64,000 nucleotides of DNA from an archaeon (lineage in GTDB: Archaea > B1Sed10-29 > WALL01 > JAGHAM01): assembly GCA_021107635.1 (NCBI GenBank), contig JAIOSL010000007.1, forward strand, positions 36,188 to 100,187, in the 5' to 3' direction. Positions 57,651 to 64,000 of this stretch are shown here, in pieces. The notes beneath the pieces are model-generated. The model was given only the letters and a program-made list of their open reading frames with translations, ran no database searches and was not told where the DNA came from. The position numbers and the translations under genes were made by a program. How positions within the stretch are numbered: position 1 is the first letter of the stretch; every line of letters begins with the position of its first letter.

Positions 57651-59540
57651 ATGGCACCAAAAAAGAAAAAACAAAACAATTCACTCCTAAACATGAACAT
57701 AAAAACTACAGCAGACATTCCAATACCCAAAAAAATAGTAGACCAAGTAGTCGGACAAGAAAAAGGAGTCGAACTAGTTAAAAAAGCAGCCAGGCAAAGA
57801 AGAAACGTCTTCCTTCTAGGTGAACCAGGCACAGGAAAATCAATGCTAGGCATTGCCATGGCAGAACTTTTACCAATAAGCAAACTACAAGACATTCTAG
57901 TCAACCCAAACCAAGTAGACCCAAACACTCCACTCATAACAATCATGGAAGCAGGAAAAGGCAGACAAACCGTTGAAAAAATACAAGTATCAAACATGTC
58001 CTCCGGTTTCAACAGACAACTACTCTCATTTGCAGTCTTTATGATAATCTTCATGATACCCTGGATACTATACCACCTAGGATGGATAGAACCAATCATG
58101 GCTGCAGCATCAGTCATAGTAGCAGGAATCATGGGTATTGGCGTTCTGCTAGGATTCCAACTGAAATCAAAAGAATCAGGAGCAGTCCCAAAAGTCCTAG
58201 TCGACAACGGCAAACGCAAAATGGCTCCATTCATAGAAGCAACCGGCGCACGCGCAGGCGCGTTACTCGGTGATGTACGACATGATCCCTTACAAAGTGG
58301 AGGCCTAGGTACACCAGCTCATCTTCGCGTAGAAGTAGGAATGATACACAAAGCTCATATGGGTGTTTTATTTATCGATGAAATCGCAACCCTATCTCCA
58401 AAAAGTCAACAAGAACTGCTTACAGCAATGCAAGAAAAAAAATACTCAATAACAGGACAAAGCGAACTCTCAAGTGGAGCAATGGTACATACAGAAACAG
58501 TGCCCTGCGACTTTGTGCTAGTAGCAGCAGGAAACCTAGCAGACATGAAAAAAATGCATCCTGCACTACGATCTAGAATACGCGGATATGGCTACGAAAT
58601 CTACCTGAACGAAACAATGGAAGACACCCAAAACAACCGAAGAAAAATCGCTCAGTTCATTGCACAAGAAGTCAAAAAAGACGGAAAAATACCACACTTC
58701 ACAAAAGCAGCAATAAACTCAATCATACTTGAAGCAAGAAGACGCGCAGGCAGAAAGAACCGACTTACCGTCAAACTCAGAGAACTAGGTGGTCTGATAC
58801 GTGCATCAGGAGATGTAGCTAAAGCGCATAAAGCCAAATATGTCATGCCAGAACACATAGAAAAAGCCAAAAAACTGGCACGCACAATGGAACAGCAAAT
58901 AGCTGACAAATACATTATCCAGAAAAAAGAATATGAAGTTTTTTCAACAAGAGGTCAAAAAATAGGAAAAGTAAATGGTCTTGGCCTAATGGGTGATGGA
59001 GGCATTATAATACCAATCGAAGCAGAAATAACTCCTGCACTCTCAAAAAGCGAAGGCGATATAATCGCAACAGGCAAACTAGGAGAAATTACTAAAGAAG
59101 CAGTGCAGAATGTTGGTGCAATCATCAAAAAATACAAAGGCAATGACATCTCTAGCTATGACGTACATGTACAGTTTCTACAGACATACGAAGGAGTAGA
59201 AGGCGACTCAGCATCAGTAAGCATCGCCACAGCTTTAATCTCTGCACTAGAAGATATCCCAATAAAACAAAGTATTGCTATGACAGGTTCTCTAAGTGTG
59301 AGAGGAGAAGTTTTGCCTGTAGGCGGAATTACTCAAAAAGTAGAAGCAGCCATTGAAGCAGGAGTCAAAAAGGTAATCATTCCCAAAAGCAACGAAAAAG
59401 ATGTTCTACTAACTGAAAAAGATCTTAAAGGGATTCAAATAATAACCGCAACAAACCTTTTAGATGTAATAGAACATGCATTCCTTGAAGGACCAAAGAA
59501 ACTAGCACTACTGAAACAAATCAAAGAAACACATGCTTAA
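57651..59540 (+). CDS. lonB: Archaeal membrane-bound Lon protease (LonB).
   Basis: Walker [11 protein letters not shown] two-TM insertion inside the AAA module (…[30 protein letters not shown]…). C-terminal Ser-Lys protease domain (…[16 protein letters not shown]…). The ATG is at 57651. Confidence 0.88.
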   Translation: MAPKKKKQNNSLLNMNIKTTADIPIPKKIVDQVVGQEKGVELVKKAARQRRNVFLLGEPGTGKSMLGIAMAELLPISKLQDILVNPNQVDPNTPLITIMEAGKGRQTVEKIQVSNMSSGFNRQLLSFAVFMIIFMIPWILYHLGWIEPIMAAASVIVAGIMGIGVLLGFQLKSKESGAVPKVLVDNGKRKMAPFIEATGARAGALLGDVRHDPLQSGGLGTPAHLRVEVGMIHKAHMGVLFIDEIATLSPKSQQELLTAMQEKKYSITGQSELSSGAMVHTETVPCDFVLVAAGNLADMKKMHPALRSRIRGYGYEIYLNETMEDTQNNRRKIAQFIAQEVKKDGKIPHFTKAAINSIILEARRRAGRKNRLTVKLRELGGLIRASGDVAKAHKAKYVMPEHIEKAKKLARTMEQQIADKYIIQKKEYEVFSTRGQKIGKVNGLGLMGDGGIIIPIEAEITPALSKSEGDIIATGKLGEITKEAVQNVGAIIKKYKGNDISSYDVHVQFLQTYEGVEGDSASVSIATALISALEDIPIKQSIAMTGSLSVRGEVLPVGGITQKVEAAIEAGVKKVIIPKSNEKDVLLTEKDLKGIQIITATNLLDVIEHAFLEGPKKLALLKQIKETHA

Positions 59541-60826
59541 ACATTGACAATAACAGCATCTCTTATGATAGCAACTTTTCCAAAATTCAAAGAAAACTTC
59601 TTCTCTCCCTGAGAATAATAAAAACGATGATTCTTGTAATCAATCTGATTAATCTCTCCAAGCTTTTTTCTCTTCAAATCTCTAACTTCTAAGCCCTTCA
59701 TAAGTCTTGGCTGAACATACCTTTTGATATAAAGGTATCTAACCACGTTAAAGCCTACCAACGTAAGTAACACACTGAAGCCAAACCACAAAATTAAATC
59801 AGTTAACGAAGGACCATAATCTATAACATTATTCATTAAAAGAACAAACTCGCTTCCAATCGAAACAATAATCGAAAGAGAAACCATTGAAACAATTGAA
59901 CGACCATACCTCTTAATTCTATGCACTTCTTTGCGATAATACATATCTCCAATCCTTCCGAAGAAAAAGAAAATCATTGACAAAGTAAACGGACCGATAA
60001 AACCAAGAATAAAACCAAAACCGACTACTATGGCCATCTGAGGCATACTTTGAGTAAATTCTTCTGGAAGGTCTACTAAAATCGAACTAGTAACAAAATC
60101 ATAACCAGCAAGAAGACTCAATAGGAAAACAATCAAAAATGCTGCATACAACGGAGAACTAGCACGTTCAATAGACGTAGTCTTTTTGAATGCATTCCAC
60201 GTTTTAGCCATTAAATCTTCTATTCCAAAGCCTCTGATGAAAGCATACGATCCTCCAACTATTAACATAATCTTTAAAGCATCTTTCTCCATTCCAAAAA
60301 GCCAAGTGATACCACCTATCAATAAGAGCACTCCTGGCAGACCAAAAATTATCCTAGCAAAATAAGGGTCTTTCAAAACCTCTTTAATAACATAATAACT
60401 TTTCTCAAGTTCTTTCGTCTGCTTTATGATAACAGTCTTAACTGCATCAACTTTTATCCTACTCTGAATAATAGGCATTACTTGTTCATCATCAGCTCCA
60501 TCAGTCACAAGCACTAACGAAGTATACTTGCCCATCTCAAGTAAACCCTCTAAACTCTTCACCACTTCTCTATCTGCTTTAGAACCACGAGTTCTGTGCC
60601 CAACAATAGTTGCAACCTCAACATCCTCTCCATCCTCTTTAAACTCACGATACGTGCTAACAGCCTTATAAATAGCATTAACATCTGATTCAGAAGGATC
60701 AGCCAAAGCAAGTTTTTGCGCAGCATCTAAATTAGCTTTCTCACCGACCAATGGAGCTACAACATTAGCTTTTTTTCCCAGGTCATCATCCCTATCCACG
60801 CAAAGTACTAAAATTTTCTTTTTCAT
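59537..60826 (-). CDS. DUF373-family membrane protein.
   Basis: [19 protein letters not shown]... N-terminal soluble domain plus C-terminal TM helices, typical of DUF373. Confidence 0.6.
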   Translation of the reverse strand: MKKKILVLCVDRDDDLGKKANVVAPLVGEKANLDAAQKLALADPSESDVNAIYKAVSTYREFKEDGEDVEVATIVGHRTRGSKADREVVKSLEGLLEMGKYTSLVLVTDGADDEQVMPIIQSRIKVDAVKTVIIKQTKELEKSYYVIKEVLKDPYFARIIFGLPGVLLLIGGITWLFGMEKDALKIMLIVGGSYAFIRGFGIEDLMAKTWNAFKKTTSIERASSPLYAAFLIVFLLSLLAGYDFVTSSILVDLPEEFTQSMPQMAIVVGFGFILGFIGPFTLSMIFFFFGRIGDMYYRKEVHRIKRYGRSIVSMVSLSIIVSIGSEFVLLMNNVIDYGPSLTDLILWFGFSVLLTLVGFNVVRYLYIKRYVQPRLMKGLEVRDLKRKKLGEINQIDYKNHRFYYSQGEKKFSLNFGKVAIIRDAVIVNV

Positions 60827-60888
60827 AGCGCTTTTACCTACCAAGTTTTTATATATTTCTTACTACTTTAAATATGTAGGTTAAAAAC

Positions 60889-61923
60889 ATGGCACAAATA
60901 GGAAAAGCAGGAAGAGTAACTCCTCTAAAACATGAAAAAAAGCGACCACGAGGAAAAGAAGCAGGATTATTCATAATCTTACTACTATTTTTAGCGATAA
61001 TAGTTTTTGCTGCATTCTATTACCTAAACCACAATCTAATCCTACTAATAGGAGGACTAATAATCCTTTTTATCTTACTCTCACGATCATCTGGATTTGT
61101 TCTAGAATTAACCCAATACGAACGAGCAGTAATCCTCAGATACGGGAAATTCAAGCGGGTCGCAGGACCTGGTTGGATCGTGCTTATTCCATTCATAGAC
61201 GATCCTCATGTAGTAGATACAAGAACGTTCACTTCTAACATTCTTCCACAAAAAGTAATCACAAAAGACAATGTCGTGCTAACAGTAGATGCAATAACCT
61301 TCCTTAAAATCAATGATCCTGAAGCAGCAGTACTAAACATAGAAGAACCAGAACTTGCAGTACGCACTTACGTAGAAGCACACCTGAGAGACATCATAGG
61401 TAAAATGGAACTTGAATCTGTAATAGGACAAGTAGACCTGGTTAACCGATTGCTCAAAAAAGGACTGGAAGATGTAAGCAGAGACTGGGGAATAACAGTA
61501 GTCAAAGTAGAAATCCAAAGCATCACACTACCCCAAGAAGTAAGAGATGCCATGCACCAACGCAAAGCAGCCGAACAACAAAAATATGCTGCAGAAGAAC
61601 AAGCTCAAGCCCACGCCATTAAAATTACTGCAGTACGCGAAGCTGCAGGCAAGCTAACAGACCCCGCATTACAATACCTATATCTGCAAGCACTTGAAAA
61701 AATAGCAGAAGGCAAATCAAGCAAAATCATATTCCCACTAGAACTAACCAGTCTAGCAGCCAAACTCTCAAACAGAGTTGGAGGATCAATGGAAGCAACC
61801 GAAGACGACCTCCGCAAAAAATACGATCAACTCATGCTCGAGAAAACAAGAGTAGGCGGAAAAGTCAAACAAGACGACATAATAAACGAACTTCGCAAAA
61901 GAAATAAAAAAGGAAAGAAATAA
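60889..61923 (+). CDS. SPFH/band-7 (stomatin/prohibitin-like) protein.
   Basis: N-terminal TM helices, then YERAVILRYGKFKRVAGPGWIVLIPFID…TKDNVVLTVDAITFLKI and a C-terminal coiled coil. Confidence 0.85.
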   Translation: MAQIGKAGRVTPLKHEKKRPRGKEAGLFIILLLFLAIIVFAAFYYLNHNLILLIGGLIILFILLSRSSGFVLELTQYERAVILRYGKFKRVAGPGWIVLIPFIDDPHVVDTRTFTSNILPQKVITKDNVVLTVDAITFLKINDPEAAVLNIEEPELAVRTYVEAHLRDIIGKMELESVIGQVDLVNRLLKKGLEDVSRDWGITVVKVEIQSITLPQEVRDAMHQRKAAEQQKYAAEEQAQAHAIKITAVREAAGKLTDPALQYLYLQALEKIAEGKSSKIIFPLELTSLAAKLSNRVGGSMEATEDDLRKKYDQLMLEKTRVGGKVKQDDIINELRKRNKKGKK

Positions 61924-62382
61924 ATGAACGCCTTTCTAGAAATGCTAGCACTGACACTAGTGCCTTGGATAGAACTTAGAGGCAGCATACCATACGGAAT
62001 TACACAAGGGTTTGATCCACTTCTAGTCTTTGTTTCCTGCGTAGCAACAAACATCCTAATCATGATTCCAACATTTGCCTTTCTAGATCACATATTTCCA
62101 CTAATCAAACACTGGAAAATAGTTGACATACTAGTAAAACGAACACAAAAAAAATCCGAAAAATACGTTGAAAAGTGGGGTTTTCTTGGTCTAGCAATAA
62201 TGGTTGCAATTCCATTACCTTTCACAGGCGCTTACACCGGCGCGCTTGCAGCAAAACTCTTTGGATACAAAAAGAGACAAGCACTAAGCGCAATTTCAGT
62301 TGGAGTAATTGTTGCAGGAATACTAGTACTAACAATCTCATTATTTTTCAAAGAATTAATTCAATACCTGCGCATATTCTAA
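61924..62382 (+). CDS. Small four-TM membrane protein (COG2426-like).
   Basis: 152 aa. MNAFLEMLALTLVPWIELRGSIPYGI… It is immediately adjacent to the SPFH gene (TAA then ATG). Confidence 0.5.
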   Translation: MNAFLEMLALTLVPWIELRGSIPYGITQGFDPLLVFVSCVATNILIMIPTFAFLDHIFPLIKHWKIVDILVKRTQKKSEKYVEKWGFLGLAIMVAIPLPFTGAYTGALAAKLFGYKKRQALSAISVGVIVAGILVLTISLFFKELIQYLRIF

Positions 62383-63263
62383 AGAGCTTCAACTATAGCT
62401 CCAATCAAAATACACGTAATAGCTCCAACCAAGAGCAAAAGCGTGTGAAACACTACTTCTTTATCCGGTAATTTATTGCTAATTGAAACCGTTGAAACTA
62501 TGCCCCCAACAAGCCCTGCCATGAAATAAGCAGTAATTTCAAAAATACCATGAGGAATCAAAGACAGGATAGAACAAGGAAGTGCAATCATATAACTAAC
62601 CAAAATATTAGGCCCTCCAACCGCACTACACGCTCCTCCAATAAGTGATTCACACACTGGAGGCAAAGCAGAAGGTACACTAATACTCACAAGTTGACCT
62701 GCTCCTTCCTTAGCAGCAACACCAATTAACACTCCAATGATACTTGCGTTCCAAGTAATAACATAAATTGCTCCAGCACCAAAAATAAAAGAGAATAAAA
62801 CTGTTAACGCTAAAACTCCCAGATTATTCTGCAAAATCAAAAAAAACCCTGGCCCACCAATAGCATTACCAGTTCCCAAGCTTCTAATAACTCTTAACTC
62901 ATTCAACTGAGCAGAAAAAATCTTTGAAGAACTCTCTTCAGGCAGCAAAGCAAACAACAAAGAAAAAATCACTATTATTCCCAAAAAATAATACGAGTAA
63001 GTCTTAATTATAATCCAATAACCGCCAAAAAAAGGCCCGACTTTCTGTACTTCATCTTTTTGTTCTTCCATTTGAATGATTCTCACAAGAATCGGAGCCA
63101 TAGCAATACAACAAAAAGCAACAGCCAAGTGCGGCAGTTCATCGCCACTGCTAATCAACGAAGCCATTGTAATAGAAATAGCTCCAATAGCCAAAGCCAT
63201 AAAAAACATTTCATAACTTCTCTGTTCAAGAACTTCTGGTTTTATGAGAGACTCAAGCATCAA
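62379..63263 (-). CDS. SpoIIM/DUF95-like polytopic membrane protein.
   Basis: 294 aa with about six TM helices. Confidence 0.5.
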   Translation of the reverse strand: MMLESLIKPEVLEQRSYEMFFMALAIGAISITMASLISSGDELPHLAVAFCCIAMAPILVRIIQMEEQKDEVQKVGPFFGGYWIIIKTYSYYFLGIIVIFSLLFALLPEESSSKIFSAQLNELRVIRSLGTGNAIGGPGFFLILQNNLGVLALTVLFSFIFGAGAIYVITWNASIIGVLIGVAAKEGAGQLVSISVPSALPPVCESLIGGACSAVGGPNILVSYMIALPCSILSLIPHGIFEITAYFMAGLVGGIVSTVSISNKLPDKEVVFHTLLLLVGAITCILIGAIVEAL

Positions 63264-63293
63264 CTATTCATTCTCTATCATTATTTAAATACT

Positions 63294-64000
63294 TTAGCCG
63301 AAGAACTCAACAATGCTTTTCACAGCACGTTCAACGTTCAAAGGAGAATAACCTCCCTCCAAAACGAAAAAACAGTTCCGGCTTTTTATCAGCTCACAGA
63401 CCTGCAGATAGCTGTGTTCCGTCAACTCAAAACCACCTAACGGATCTCCTCTCATAGAATCAAAACCAGCTGATACTCCAACATACTCAGGATCAAACTC
63501 TTTTAAGGCTCTTTCAAGAACCGGCTCTAACACCCTCAAATACTCCTCATCGTTTGTGCCAGCACTCAAAGGCAAGTTTGTACAGTTAGCAACACTCTCC
63601 AATCCAGTGCCAGGATAAAACGGGCTTTGGTGCGTAGAAATATACTGAATTCCAGGTTTTCCAACTACCAACTCTTGCGTGCCATTACCATGATGTACAT
63701 CCCAATCCACAATCAACACTTTCTTTCCCATGTTAGCTAATCGCACAGCAGCAATAGCCATATTATTAAACAAGCAGAAACCACCTCTTGGAGCATGATG
63801 TCCAGGAGGCCTCACCAGTGCGAAGCCGCCTTCCTCAGATGCTTTCACAGTTCCACCAACCGCAAAGCACGCGCTCTCAAAACTTTTTTGACTGGTCATC
63901 GTGTCAATATCCAAAGATACTTCTCTCTCACAAGCCTGTCTAACACGCTCAATATACTCTTGAGAATGCACTAATCCTAAAAATTCTTCGCCACTCTCAG
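63294..64000 (-). CDS. Histone-deacetylase-superfamily enzyme (AcuC/HDAC-like). C-terminal part only; N-terminus lies beyond the window end.
   Basis: …LIVDWDVHHGNGTQ… and …GGYSPLNV… motifs. Confidence 0.8.
   Translation of the reverse strand, partial: ESGEEFLGLVHSQEYIERVRQACEREVSLDIDTMTSQKSFESACFAVGGTVKASEEGGFALVRPPGHHAPRGGFCLFNNMAIAAVRLANMGKKVLIVDWDVHHGNGTQELVVGKPGIQYISTHQSPFYPGTGLESVANCTNLPLSAGTNDEEYLRVLEPVLERALKEFDPEYVGVSAGFDSMRGDPLGGFELTEHSYLQVCELIKSRNCFFVLEGGYSPLNVERAVKSIVEFFG

Noticed and set aside
1-64000. Integrase, transposase or IS element that would make the TA cassette or ligase operon demonstrably mobile.
   Set aside because: No recognisable recombinase motifs appear in any frame. 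Mobility therefore remains only a hypothesis.

Overview
Dense, mostly syntenic archaeal chromosomal segment, roughly 37-38% GC, with about 65 genes, many with 4-nt ATGA-type overlaps. Archaeal hallmarks are present: ABCE1 with an N-terminal 4Fe-4S domain, Pelota, both replication factor C (RFC) subunits, RadB, archaeal-type PheS/PheT, membrane LonB, Cdc48, a Taw3-like protein, a Trm11-like protein, and class-III-signal-peptide pilins. Core content: a folate-linked purine block (purN-folD-glyA divergent from purF-purD), pyrG, a MiaB-like methylthiotransferase, type IA topoisomerase with Zn ribbons, an ABC-2 transporter, RNase Z, a tandem TldD/PmbA pair, an M29 aminopeptidase, and an HDAC-like gene at the 3' end. 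No rRNA genes, no convincing tRNA, no CRISPR array and no transposase or integrase were seen. Best candidates for something new: (1) a three-gene minus-strand operon pairing two different ATP-dependent amide-bond ligases (a GCS2/YbdK-type carboxylate-amine ligase and a glutathionylspermidine-synthetase-like pre-ATP-grasp) with an amidohydrolase-2 enzyme, a layout predicted for unknown peptide or metabolite synthesis systems; (2) immediately beside it, a small RelE/YoeB-like toxin and wHTH antitoxin cassette flanked by a pair of swapped, hairpin-forming about 15-nt motifs; (3) a cluster of six small proteins with type IV pilin-like class III signal peptides; (4) two cysteine-rich secreted proteins interrupting the purine region; (5) an ABC-2 permease with a very large coiled-coil ectodomain beside an N-glycosylation-motif-rich surface protein. 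All calls come from reading the translations. No database searches were run.
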